64,000 nucleotides of DNA from Rebecca billardiae RCC1528 (Eukaryota; Protista; Haptophyta), in NCBI GenBank assembly GCA_965240325.2, contig OZ251241.1, positions 1,302,001 to 1,366,000 on the forward strand, in the 5' to 3' direction. The notes beneath the pieces are model-generated. The model was given only the letters and a program-made list of their open reading frames with translations, did no database searches and was not told the DNA's origin. Positions 35,551 through 47,329 of this stretch are shown here, one piece after another. The position numbers and the translations under genes were made by a program. The first letter of the stretch is position 1, and each line of letters begins with the position of its first letter.

Positions 35551-36507
35551 CGAGGTGCGAGGGCACCAGGCATGGCAAGGGCGGCGCGTGGTGAAGTCGG
35601 AGACTCAGAGATCGATCAGTCCGGCATCAGGCGCCGGCTGGCGCCGCTGCCCCCGAGCTTGCGAGAGCCCGAATACAGGGCGGCTGCCGCGGCGCAGGCG
35701 CCGGCCCGACGCGCGGCGGACGCGCAGGCAGTCGACACAGGGCGGGCGGGGGCGCGCGGAGTGAGCGGGGCACGAACTCGATGTCGCCCGTCAGTCGGGA
35801 CCCGCCGCAGCCGCGCGCACCAGGCGCCACTCGCCGCGCGTACCTCCCATCGCGGGGCCATCGCCGTCCTCACCCGTCCCCTCGCGAGTGCGACGAGTCG
35901 GTCGCTCGTCAGCGTGGCTCGCCCCCTCGTCTTGCCTCTCGCAACTGACTGGCGTACAAAACGCGGCGGACACGCCGCGCGCGATACGGATAGCTGCGGC
36001 GGATATTTTTCAATGTCTCGCACTATTGGAGTCGGTTGGACTATTATGTCAACGGTCGTTCTTGGCATCTTGCGGCGGCGCACTACATGAACGAGAGTCT
36101 ACCCACAATTACCCAGCCTGGCACACTTGGGCGTGGGTTTCGTTGATTCCTCTGACTAATTCTATGATTTAAAGACACAGGCACGAGGGCGCAGCTCTCC
36201 TGATTCGTCTGTAGTGGTACTGGTCGAAGCTTGCAGCAGTTGCAGTGGTGTGAGCGCGTTGATGTTGGTCCCCATGGCGGATGTCGTTGTTGTCGTCGTC
36301 CGGACGTCGTCAGGCCCACCAGGAAGTGCATGGGTACGAAATCAAAGGCGAGTGAGCATGTTGGCGTCGGCCAGGCCGTCCCCTACTTGGTCAGCAGCTG
36401 GTGCGGATGATGTCGTCGCCTACTTGGTCACTTGGCAGGTCATGGTGGACGATGGTGTAGCCTGTTCTTGGGCAGCAGCTGGTGAGTGGTGGATGATGTT
36501 GCATGTG

Positions 36508-36958
36508 GCCGAAGTTAGTAGTAGTTGGACTTGCCTGAGTTAGTAGTAGTTGGACTCGCCGCAGTTAGTAGTAGTTGGACTCGCCTGAGTTAGTAGTAGT
36601 TGGACTCGCCGAAGAGTTAGTAGTAGTTGGACTCGCCGAAGTTAGTAGTAGTTGGACTCGCCGAAGTTAGTAGTAGTTGGACTCGCCGAAGTTAGTAGTA
36701 GTTGGACTCGCCGAAGTTAGTAGTAGTTGGACTCGCCGAAGTTAGTAGTAGTAGTTGGACTCCCCGAAGTTAGTAGTAGTTGGACTCGCCGAAGTTAGTA
36801 GTAGTTGGACTCGCCGAAGTTAGTAGTAGTTGGACTCGCCGAAGTTAGTAGTAGTTGGACTCGCCGAAATTGGTAGTAGTAGTTGGACTCGCCGAAGTTA
36901 GTAGTAGTTGGACTCGCCGAAGTTAGTAGTAGTTGGACTCGCCGAAGTTAGTAGTAGT
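36508..36958 (+). repeat. 25-bp minisatellite (GCCGAAGTTAGTAGTAGTTGGACTC), ~18 copies
   Basis: Directly visible head-to-tail array with no spacers. Confidence 0.97.
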
Positions 36959-36967
36959 ATACAAAAG

Positions 36968-37156
36968 GGCCGGGCGCGACCGCTTTTTCGGCCGTGATGC
37001 GTGTTAGAGAGGGTCTCAAAATTCGAAACTCGGTCTCCTCCAGCCATGAAAATCGTCCCCCGTCCCTTTTTTCTTGATCAAAGATCTTTTTGAAACGTGG
37101 TTAGGGCCCACGGAGCGGGCTCCACGCTGCGCGCTCCGCCCTGCACCGCGGGCCAT
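36968..37156 (-). repeat. Dispersed ~190-bp repeat, inverted partner of 10917-11130
   Basis: The reverse complement aligns with 10917-11130. Confidence 0.85.
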
Positions 37157-37310
37157 CATTCAGCCCGCGAAAATAAAATCCCGGATGTTACGATCCATAT
37201 TATTGGAATCCAATAGCTACGGGTGCAACCGGATCGCTCCCGGACCGTGTTCTGACCAGAGTCTGAAATGGGTAAATACATAGTAAAATAGAGTATACGT
37301 CTGAACTATA

Positions 37311-38069
37311 GTTGCTTGCATGATAGCGTTCCGATGCCACGCGTGGCATCGGAACGCTATCATGCTCCGCTCTGCGCTGCGCGCGGCCTTCGGCTCCTCA
37401 TCGGCTTTGCCGCGCCTAGTGAGTGTGGCGCCTACGATCAGCGCGCATGCGAGCGTCACCTCAGAACGAGCTTCCCGCGCCGGCCTCAGCAGTGAGCGCC
37501 CGCCTGGGGCGCGATGCGATCAACTGGGGGGGCGAACTGCGGCTGAGCGAGGAAGCACGTATATGCGCGCAAGCCGCGCCGCCTTGAGCCACCGATTGCG
37601 CGTCTTGATGCAGCTCCAGAGGACGGCTGTTGATTGATGAGTGCCGATCATAAGCCCGCACGAGCCTTGCACGCAGTGGAGATGAAACAACCGACTGTGA
37701 GCGTCCTGAAAGCGTCCTGTTGAAGCGAGATCGGAGTCTTCGGTTTGTGCGTGGGCGCAGCATGACATATGCGCATTTGTATGCAACGCCTGCGCACGTG
37801 GCTGTTGCCATGCCATGCCTGCCGAGGCGTTGCTCTGATGAGTGGCCCTGCCATGGGCTCGCTCGGTCCATTCGCAAGGGCGAGAAGAAAAGATGCGTGC
37901 GAGGTGCACGCCATGCTCACGATCGTCGGGGCTCAAGGTGGCACGCATATACATGCTTCCCGAGGCTACGCTCGCATGCGCGCTGATCGTAGGCGCGGCA
38001 AAGCCGACGAGGAGCAAGCTGCGCGGCGCAGAGCGGAGCATGATAGTGTTCCGATGCCACGCAAGCAAC
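37311..38069. mobile_element. Degenerate fold-back/MITE-like element with a 48-bp perfect palindrome in its left arm
   Basis: 37311-~37457 mirrors ~37968-38069, with weaker pairing between ~37550-37590 and ~37930-37960. Palindrome at 37318-37365. Confidence 0.7.
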
Positions 38070-38537
38070 GCGCCGCCTTCGCACGGGCCGCGCCGCTCGC
38101 GCCACCCGCGCCGAGTGTGCCATCATATTTCCACACGCGCGTTTTCCCGCGCTGCTTTTTTTCGTGCGTGATGAGTTTTCTGATGGGTGCGAATTTACCG
38201 CAAGATTATGAATACTCATGATTAATACCGTTTGGTTATCGTCGCACCATTATGATATATATGATGACGCGGACTTCCCAATAATGTTTTAGTACATGCG
38301 GGTAGCCGGGTACGTACTATTGACGAGGCTGACGATATGAGCTCCAAATGAGATACATTGGAGATATGATCATCACGCTCTTTCCCGCGCGTGCGTACGA
38401 CAACATATCGTGACGCACAACACACTTTTACCTGATGCTCCCCCCCCCGACTCCTCTACCGTATTGGCAAATAGGACATTGTTCGCGCCCGCGATCTCGA
38501 TTGTTTGTATGTGGCGTGGGGATTACTTAATACTTTA

Positions 38538-40466
38538 CCAGGTCGTTCCCCCTGCACTGGGAATCCGCGGTTTCGCACTATTCAGAGCACGAGGCCGCGG
38601 CATAGCAACGCAGATTTATTCTTCCGCTTGCTCTATCAGACCACTTGAACGATCTAATCGAGGTTTCCAATTGAAAATGACGAAAGTACATCCATCCATT
38701 AGAGAACCCAAATCCCGAGCGCGGCAAAGCCGTGGAACGCAGTAATCAGCCTCGTCAGCGATAGTCCGCTCACGAAATCGAGGCGCTGGAAATGAGTTCT
38801 TCGCGTGCAACCGCGGAGGCGGGAGCCCTCCCGCGGGTGCGGAGCACCGATTCTGACCCGCCCCCTGCGCCTGCGGCCGGGCGGCGAGTGCGATGCAGCT
38901 GGCCCGGCGCTGGGGGGCGCGGATGTGCTTGCGGAGCCGGCGTGCGTGGACGGGCTGTTGCGGGAGAGTATCTGCCGCCCTCCTGCGCCGCGCGACTTGC
39001 GCCACGCCTCTTTCGCCTCGGCTCAGGGCAGCGCGCACGCGCGCGCCGCCTCCGGGGCCAGCCTTCGGCCTGCGCCGCAGCCGACCGCGCGCGCGCCGTG
39101 CGCGGCGTGGTCGGGAAGGAACGGGCGCGGCTGCCGGGCGAGATGGCGATATCATGTGCGCACGCCATGCCGCCCCGCCACGCCTTGCCGAGCGTGTCGC
39201 TGGTCCATTTGCACGCCTCTTCGAGTTGTCACAAATGGTGTGCACGCGGCCAATCGCGGTCGTGACCGCTGGGGGCCGCGCCCGGGCCAGGGCGCTGCGG
39301 GCGCGGATGTGCTTGCGGAGCCGGCGTGCGTGGACGGGCTGTTGTGGGAGAGTATCTGCCGCCCTCCTGCACCGCGCGACTTGCGCCACGCCTCTTTCGC
39401 CTCGGCTCAGGGCAGCGCGCACGCGGCGCGTCGCCTCAAGGCCAGCCTTGCCTGCGCCGCAGCCGACCGCGTGCGCGCCGTGCGCGGCGTGGTCGGGAAG
39501 GAACGGGCACGGCTGCCGGGCGAGATGGCGATATCATGTGCGCACGCCATGCCGCCCCGCCACGCCTTGCCGAGCGTGTCGCTGGTCCGTTTGCACGCCT
39601 CTTCGAGTTGTCACACTATGAATGGTGTGCCACGGCCTCGCGGTCGTGACCCTTGCCGGGACGATCATTGAGACACAGAACAGTGCCAAGCGGGCACGCG
39701 GGATACTCTTACATGAATGTTCATCACCACGTGGTCGTGTAGAAGTGCTGGGTGCGACGCTTTCCTCGCGCGGATGCACTTTCATCATCTTCTTCGAGCT
39801 CCGAGGTCTGGCTTCAGGCACGACAAGAAATCAGCACTCGTCAACAGCTGTGCGGATCCGTTATCGTGCCCTTTCGCGGCGCCGCGGGGCGGCATGGCGT
39901 GCGCACATGATGTCGTCATCTCGCCCGGCAGCACCCCCCGTTCCTTCCCGACCACGCCGCGCACGGCGCGCGCGCGGTTGCGGCTGCGGCGCGGGCACGG
40001 TGCGGCCCTGGCCTCCGAGGCGGCGCGCGCGTGCGCGCTGCCCTGAGCCGCGGCGAAAAGAGGCGTGGCGCGAGACGCGCGGCGCAGGAGGGCGCCATAT
40101 ACTCTCCCGCAACAGCCTGTCCACGCAAGCCGGCTCCGCGAGCACATCCGCGCCCGCAGCGCCGTGCCCCGGGCGCGCCGGCCGCCAACGGCGCTCGGCC
40201 GCCTTCGCCTGCCCGCCCTGCCGCCGAGGGCAAAGGTCAAGATTTGGTCGGCCCTCGCCTGCCGAGCCGCCACCGGCCGGGGGCTCCCTGCACCATCTAT
40301 CTCATTGCGGCTCAATTTTGGGATTGCGAGACCAGCTCATCGATTGACGCACATCCGCACCCGCGAGACCTGAAAATCTTATTCGCGGGTAGCGACGGGT
40401 GCGTCCTGCGGCTGTTTTTCTCGTATGTCCAAACCGCGGATTCCCAGTGCAGGGGGAACGACCTGG
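38538..40466. mobile_element. Non-autonomous TIR element with TA target duplication (Tc1/mariner-type signature)
   Basis: Perfect 36-bp TIR CCAGGTCGTTCCCCCTGCACTGGGAATCCGCGGTTT at 38538-38573 and 40431-40466, with TA on both sides. A ~330-bp internal unit is present twice directly (~38914, ~39299) and once inverted (~39883-40170). Confidence 0.88.
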
Positions 40467-40468
40467 TA

Positions 40469-40561
40469 TCATACAAACATTCCCCTTACTTTCATACAAA
40501 CATTCCCCCCACTTTCATACAAACGTGCCAAACATTCCCCCTATTTTCATACAAACGTGCC
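40469..40561 (+). repeat. Short degenerate tandem repeat (TTTCATACAAAC core, 4 copies)
   Basis: Directly visible. An inverted GTTTGTATG copy lies at ~38503 on the other side of the TA element. Confidence 0.75.
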
Positions 40562-41376
40562 TGAGGAGTACTCACTTCACAGTAGGGCGTCCGATCAAAA
40601 TCTTGGCATCCCTAGTCGTTTCGGTAACCACGCGATGACAAGCGCAGATGATCGAAAACCCGCGCGCGGGCGGAGAGAGGTGTCTCGGCTGCAGCCGGTT
40701 CGACTGCAGTTCGTGAGTTATGCCGCCGTGAACGGCGACGCACGAGTCCGCCGGCGCTGTGGCGGTGGTGCCAATGGGAGGGCCTCAACCTGCTCCCAGG
40801 GCTGCCCTCGCCGAGATGCGTCGCGTCTATGATTCCATCCCCGGGTGCAGATGGTCGACGAACGACTCCATGTTAAGCGCGCACGGGGCGATGTCCTGCG
40901 CCTCGCGATGCCTCGACCTCGGGGGCTGCACGAGACGCTCGGGCTGAGCATGCCGGGGGTGGACCCCCTCGACGCGTCGGCGACGCACATGGCCGTGCTC
41001 AAACGCGTCATGCGCTACGTTCCTGTACACATGCGCGACGAACATGGGTGCGTCAGACAGGCGCTGCGCGAGGCATCGCTCCGTAATGATCATATTGCCG
41101 TTGGCCAAATGAGTCGGCACAGCTCATTAGCGTGTCATTAAGCGATCTTTCCTCCCTGACCAGCCTGATTGAGGTACGATGTGGGTAGACAGCAGGCCGC
41201 GAACCTAATCGACATTTATCGACCTATCTCGTGAAGGCCTCTGAAGGGACGCGCTTGCGTGTGGGTCTGAATGAAGGAATCTCCGTATGGTCGACCCAAG
41301 CTTGCGAGCTCTCCAGCGCAGCGCTTCAGTGGTAGGGACTCGGTGTGCGGGCTCGTGGGAGCTCTGGCGGGCTCGC

Positions 41377-44300
41377 ATGGAGCTACTGGGCGCGCGCCAG
41401 CCGTCCACGAGCTTCGCGTGGCGCACATCCACGCCGCAGACGGGCCGACGGCGGCCGCGGCCAACAGCCGCCAGCAGCTGCGGCCTGGTGATCGTCACGG
41501 ACCCGGTGCGCGGCCGCGTGACTGCTGGGCACGGCTGCAGACCCGGCCCACCCGCCCGCGGCGCTGTCGATGCTGATACTCACGCGCGTGTGCGCGCGCG
41601 CGCGCGCGCGCGTCGCTCGCAGGGCCCGGACCCCGACGACGTGAAGGCCTTGCTGATCGCCGCGGTGCTGCACCGGCAGGGCGACCTCACGCTGCACGCG
41701 GTCGTGGCGAACGGCGGATGGCAGGCGCTCAACCGCGCGCGGCTTGCGCGCTGCGTCCTTGACCACGCGGGCGCGCGCGACGTGCCCGTCGGCGTCGGCA
41801 GCCAGGGCAGCAGGGATTACTCGCCCCAGCCGCACGAGTACCGCCTCGCCGGCTTCGACGAGGTGCGCGACGACCTGCTTGAGGACGGCGCCGCGCTGCT
41901 GCTGCGCGTCGTGCACGGCGCCGCGCGCAAGAGCCTCACCGTCGTGTGCATCTCGTCGCTGCGTGACCTCGCGGAGCTGATCGACGCGGAGGCGGAGCTC
42001 GTGCTCGCCAAGGTGCGCGAAATCTCCGTGATGGGTGGGCTCGAGCGGGACGACTCCTCGCCCTCGGGCTGGGTGCCCGACACGTCTGTCAACAACACGG
42101 TGCGCGCGCGCTCGGCGCTCGGCGCGCTCTTCACGTCTCGCGCGCGCTCGGCGCGCGCGCGGTGTGCGTGTGGCGCGAGGCTGCGCGCCGCGCGGCGTGT
42201 GCTCACGCGCGCCCTCGCGCGTGCGCGGCCCCGCTCGCCCGCCCCCTTCGCGCCGCCAGTTCGACATGGACGCGGCGCGCGCCGTGTACGACTTCTGCTT
42301 TGCGCGCGATCTGCCGCTGACCGTCGTCTCGCGGCACGCGGTGCCGATGCTGCCGATGCAGCTGGCGCGCTCGTTCGCGGTGCGCACGGGCGGCGACTGC
42401 CCCGTGATGAGCTACCTCGCCGACGCGCAGTTCCTCGGGCTCGAGGGCCTCTGGCAGAAGATGTGCGAGGGCAAGCTGCCGCCGCGCTGCACGAAGCAGT
42501 GGTACTTTGAGACCTTCTGCGGCGTGGACGCGGAGCGGTTCGGGGCGAGCGGCTTCGACGCGTTCGGCGCGGATGCGGACATCAAGGCGCATCTCAACGG
42601 CTTCGTCAAGCCGTGCGCGCACGCCGCCGAGCGCGCCGCGCGCCGCGCGCCTCGCGCCCCGAGCCCGCCCGGGGGCGCCCCGGCTCACTCGCGCGGCTGC
42701 CGCCCGCCGCGCTCCCGGCCGCGCGCCGTTCGCGCCCACGCGTGTGCGTGCCTGTTCTCGAGCCAGGTACGACGTGGTGGCGCTGATGGCGGTGCTGCCG
42801 CACACGCGCGCGTGCTTCCTGCGCGACGAGTCGTCGAGCTTCCGCACGGGCTCGCAGGGCGGCGCGTCCCACTCGCTCTTCCTCGACGGCGCGCACCAGA
42901 TCGACGTGCGGCACGTGCTGCAGCTGCTCAGGTGCGCGCCAAAGCCGCGGGCGCGGGGTTGCGCGGGCTCGGCGTGGGATTGCGGCTGGCGATGGCCGCG
43001 ACGGCGCGCTGACGCGCGCGTTCGCGTGCGCGCGTGCACAGGGACACGTACCACGAGGTGGTCCTCGCGTCGGCCGCGGAGCTCGTGAGCATGACGGCGA
43101 CCGCGGCCCCCTCGCCTCGGGGCGGGGCGGACGACTCGCAGCGCGGCGGCGGCGGCGCGCACCCCGCCTCGAGCTTCAGCCGTGCGGCGATGGACCCCGC
43201 GCGCGGAGTCGGCCCTGCGGCCTCGGCCGCGCCGGCGCAGGCGCTGCCGGCGGGCGCCACGCAGGGCAGCGCGCGCGCGCCGACCGGTCCGCCCACCGCG
43301 CCGAGCCCGGCGGGATCCGAGCGCGCCGCCGCGTGCGCCGCGCCGGCGCGGGGCGGCGCGGAGCCGCAGCCGCAGCGCGGCGCGGAGCTCGCGTCCGTCC
43401 AGCAGGGCGTGCACGGCGGCGCGCGCGTCGCGCGCGACTCGGAGCCCGGCCGGGCGCCGGGCCGAGCCGCACGGGACACCTCGTCCGGCACGTGGGCCTC
43501 CCAGATGCAGACGCCCGCCATGTCGCACCGCTCCGGCCGCTCGTCCGTGACGCGCAGCTCGGTGTCCTCGGCCTCCACCGGCTCCGCCTCCGCCTCGTTC
43601 AGCTGGCACCCGATGGGCTGGGCGGGCTGTGCGCAGGGCCCCGCCGGCGTGGGCGCGGGCGGCGCGGGCGGCGGTGCGGGCGGCACGCCGCAGCCCGCGT
43701 GCCCACGGCTGCGCGGCCAGGTCGGCTCGCAGCCAATCGCAACGCGGCAGCAGCTGCCGCTGGCGCTGCCCGTCATCGCCGGCTCGGCGCGGGCGAGCAA
43801 GGCGGACGGCGGCGCGGCGCGCCTGTCGTCGGCCAAGTCGTCGGCCAAGTCGACGCCCCCTCGCCGCTCGGACAGCGGCGCGGGCGCGGGCGCGCGCGGC
43901 GCGTCCCGCGCGTCCCGCGCGTCCCGCGCGCGCTCGGGCAGCGGCCTCGGCATGCCGCTCGGCGCGCCCCAGCGCGTCGACGACCTGCTCGACGTGGCCG
44001 CGCTCGAGCGAGAGCCGGGCGAGCCGCTGTCCGAGTCGGCGCTCGCACACGTGCTCGAGGAGGCGCTCTCCGAGGCGCGCTCGGCGCTGCGGCTGCTCTC
44101 GGGCGTGGCGGCGGGGGTCGGCATGGCCCTGCTCTGCGTCGCGCTCGCGCTCTACTCCGCCCACCTCCACCGCAGCGGCGGCGGCAGCCCGGCGGCGATC
44201 GAGTCGGACGAGCGCGCGCTGATCATGGTCGACGTGTCGGGCGCGCTCGGCACGTCTGGCTTTGCGCTGCTGCTCCTCGCCATCTCGCCCTCGCGCTCCT

Positions 44301-45814
44301 TCCTCAACATCGCGCGCTTCGCCACCGCCACGTTCCTCGTGCTGAACGGGGTGACGATGCTGCTGCACGCCCTCGACCTGGCGCGCTACTGGCTGGCCAG
44401 CGGCGCGATCTCGCCCGCGCTCGTCGCGTGGATCGCGGTGCGCGCCGCGGCGCAGCTGGCGATCGGGCACGCGGCGTGGGCGCACTGGCGGCGGTGCGCG
44501 CCGCTTGTGCGCCGGCTGCGGCACGCCACCGCGCTCATGTTCGTGGCCTTGGCCGTGCTCAGCATCTCGAACCGCGCCGCGCTCGGCTGGCTGCGCTCGG
44601 ACGCGGCGGTGGCGGTCAGCGTCGCCGCGCTCGTGTACAGGCTCGGCGTGGCGCTGCTGATGCTGTGGCCGAGCGCGCGCCGGGGCGCGTTTGCCGCGCT
44701 CGCGCGCTGCCTCGAGTCGCGCACCGCCGGCCGGCTTGGCGCCGCCGCGCCGCTCGCGCCGCTGATCGGCTTCGGCACCCGGCACGAGCGAGCGGCGGCG
44801 GAGGTGCTCGCCTCGGCGCGCCGCGCCTTCGCGCCCGTGCCGCTCGACGACGAGGCCATCGAGCAGCTCGTCAGCGCGCCCGCGGACGCGCTGGGCGATC
44901 GCAAGTCGTCCGCCGCGTCGTCGGCGCGCGGCTCCTTCAGCGCCGGCCGCCGAGGGCTGCGCGCCGGCCCGCCGTCGTCCGTCGCGCCGCTCGCGCTCGC
45001 GCTCGCGTTGCGCCGTGGCGACAGCCGCGGCACCACCGACTCGACGGGCGGCGAGAGCGGCGGACGGCCGAGCCTCGAGGACGCGGAGCTGGGCGGCGGC
45101 TCGGCGCGCGTCGCGGCCGCGGCCGCGCAGCCGCTGCCGGTGGCCGACTACTACATCGTGCACTCGGCCGACGACGACGCGGACGCGAAGCGCGCGGCGC
45201 TCGGCGCGTGGGCGCGCGCCAAGGCCGCCGAGACGGGCGTGCGGCCCACCGTGTGGTTCGCCGCGCTGCACGGCCGCTCGCCCACGCGCTCGCGGGAGGC
45301 CCTGCACCACCTGCCCGTGTGCCTCGGCCGCTCGCGCCGGCTGCTGCTCCTCTCGGGGCCGAGCGTCACCGACCAGCTCTGGTGCATCGCAGAGCTGTAC
45401 GCGTGGCGGCTGCTCGGCGGGAGCGACGCGGAGGTGGAGTCGCTGTGCGTCGCCACCTCGGCGGACGCGCGCGAGCGCACGCTCGCCTCGTTCGACGCGT
45501 TCGCGGTGATGTACGCGCACCGCGCGCCCTCGGCGGAGGACCGCGCGCGCATCGTGCGCGCGGTCGAGCTCGCGAGCGTGCGCCGCGTGAACGAGGCCGT
45601 GCGCTCGTACCTGCAGGTCGCGCGCCGCGCGCAAGACCGGCAGGCGCTGCAGCGCGCCGCGGGGCTCGAATCGGACGAGCCGCCGGCAGACGACGCGCCG
45701 GCCGGGACGCCGCCGCCGCCGCCGCGCGCGCCTCGCGCGCCGCAGGCCGGCGGCTCGACGCCGGCCGCCGGCGTCGTCGACGCCGGCGGCAGCGCTCCTG
45801 ACGAGCTGTGCTGA
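41377..45814 (+). CDS. Nucleoside hydrolase-like domain + low-complexity linker + ~6 TM helices + TIR-like domain; 5 exons
   Basis: Exons 41377-41505, 41623-42099, 42260-42612, 42767-42931 and 43042-45814, all GT-AG and frame-consistent. NH motifs VIVTDP|GPDPDD, VPVGVG, ISVMGG, NNT|FDMDAA and YDVVAL. TIR-like DYYIVHS...VWF...LPVCLGRSRRLLLLSGPSVTDQLWCIAEL. Confidence 0.75.
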
Positions 45815-46351
45815 CCTCCCGCCACGCCCACGACTCCTCTTCGGGCTACTGACACCGGTTTACCATGTGTGCCCGCCGCGTCACTACGTCTACAGTCTAC
45901 GGACTGACGACTCTGCTGGCTCACGGCGCCCACATCTTGGTTCGGACCGTTCGGAGGGTCGTGGACTCGTGGCTCGTGGCTTCGTGCATTCGTCACCGTC
46001 GTCACAGTGAGTGTCAGGCTGCTGCTGTATTAGAGTGTCGTAGTCAGGCTCAGTCCGCGACGGGCTTCGGCGCGCGGCGTGACAGCGCTAGTATCGATGA
46101 TCGTCATATCAATCCCATCGTCACCGAAATGACCGATGACGGACACTCATGACGCCTCCCACGGATCAGTACAGTAGCTGGCGCTGCGCCTGCTGCTGTC
46201 GCTGATATATTACGCCCTTAGACCGCTGACGACGACGGCGCCTGATGCGCTGACGATGGTCATCACTGCTCAGCCTGACCGCCTGACGGATACCGATCAG
46301 ATCGTCATTCAGATCCATCATCGGCATATATCTATATATATATATACATCA

Positions 46352-47329
46352 TCAGACGAAGATGCGGTTGAATTGGGTACAGACGGCACGACACACGGGA
46401 CACCTTGCCTCGCCGCTGGAGCCGATTCGCTTGCTGTCGGCTTCGCACAAACACCGATGGCCGCAGGGCAGGCATGCCACGACGGCGTCGGCGTCCAGGC
46501 ACACGATGCAGATGTGCGCGGGTGGTCTTTGGCCCTGCGCAGCAGGAAGGTCTGCAGGTGCGTGCAGCTCGGACCCGGCGCCTGTGCCAGGCTTGCATCC
46601 CTTGCCGTGGAGTCCGTATTTGGCGCGGATGCGCTCAGCATGGGACGGGACAGGCGCACTGTACGCTGAGGGCTGCTCGGCGCCTTGGCCGATCACAGCC
46701 GAGGCCGACGAGATCGCGTTGGCGAGCCAGCTCGAGGCGTCCAGCGCGGGCGAGGCCGAAGCTGGCAGCAGGGGCACCTGCTCTTTCGGTGCTGTGCACA
46801 GCTTGCACACGATGGTCGGCTCGAGGTACCCCAGCCCAGGGAGGGTGTCCGCAGTGCTCGAGCACATGCGGCACACACAGAACCCGCAGCGTCTGCAGTG
46901 GTGCCGCCGGAGCAGCACGTTGAATCGTCGCTGGCAGACGTTGCAGCCTGCCTGATCTGCCCAGCGCGGGCGTATTGCGTGTGTGAGAGCCACTTGCCAC
47001 GCGCGCAGTTCGGGCAGGCCACTGCGCGCGCGCATCCGCCATGCTACGCCAACGTGAGGTATTGCCAGCACAAGCACGTGCCCGTCCTCATCCGCACAGA
47101 TGTCCGCAGTGCAGTCGTTGGTGATGTCCACGGATTGGCGGGCAGCGTTGTCCTCTGCATCGAGCTCACGGTAGGCGAGCCGGCGGTCGTGCAGGACAAA
47201 GTGTCGTTCGACCCAGCGCCGACGACCACCGTCGCCCTGCTTGATGAGGATGCCCTCCTTCTTCACCGGCTCGCCAGCCTCCTCCTCGTGCGCCAGGCAC
47301 GGACAGCACTTGAGGAGCTCCGACGGCAT
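46352..47329 (-). CDS. PH + FYVE + RING(C3HC4-type) protein
   Basis: PH: KKEGILIKQG...WVERHFVL...ELRAWQVAL. FYVE: WADQAGCNVC..F....RRHHCRRCG..VC..CS...VCKLC. RING: CIVCLD...LPCGHRCLC...CPVCR. Confidence 0.9.
   Translation of the reverse strand: MPSELLKCCPCLAHEEEAGEPVKKEGILIKQGDGGRRRWVERHFVLHDRRLAYRELDAEDNAARQSVDITNDCTADICADEDGHVLVLAIPHVGVAWRMRARSGLPELRAWQVALTHAIRPRWADQAGCNVCQRRFNVLLRRHHCRRCGFCVCRMCSSTADTLPGLGYLEPTIVCKLCTAPKEQVPLLPASASPALDASSWLANAISSASAVIGQGAEQPSAYSAPVPSHAERIRAKYGLHGKGCKPGTGAGSELHAPADLPAAQGQRPPAHICIVCLDADAVVACLPCGHRCLCEADSKRIGSSGEARCPVCRAVCTQFNRIFV

Noticed and set aside
36508-36958. CRISPR array
   Set aside because: The units are head-to-tail with no unique spacers, there are no cas genes, and the context is eukaryotic. 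It is also not a simple telomere repeat.
40845-41141. 98-aa ORF upstream of the hydrolase-TIR gene
   Set aside because: No recognisable motif and no supported splice link to the downstream gene. It may be a relic but cannot be called.
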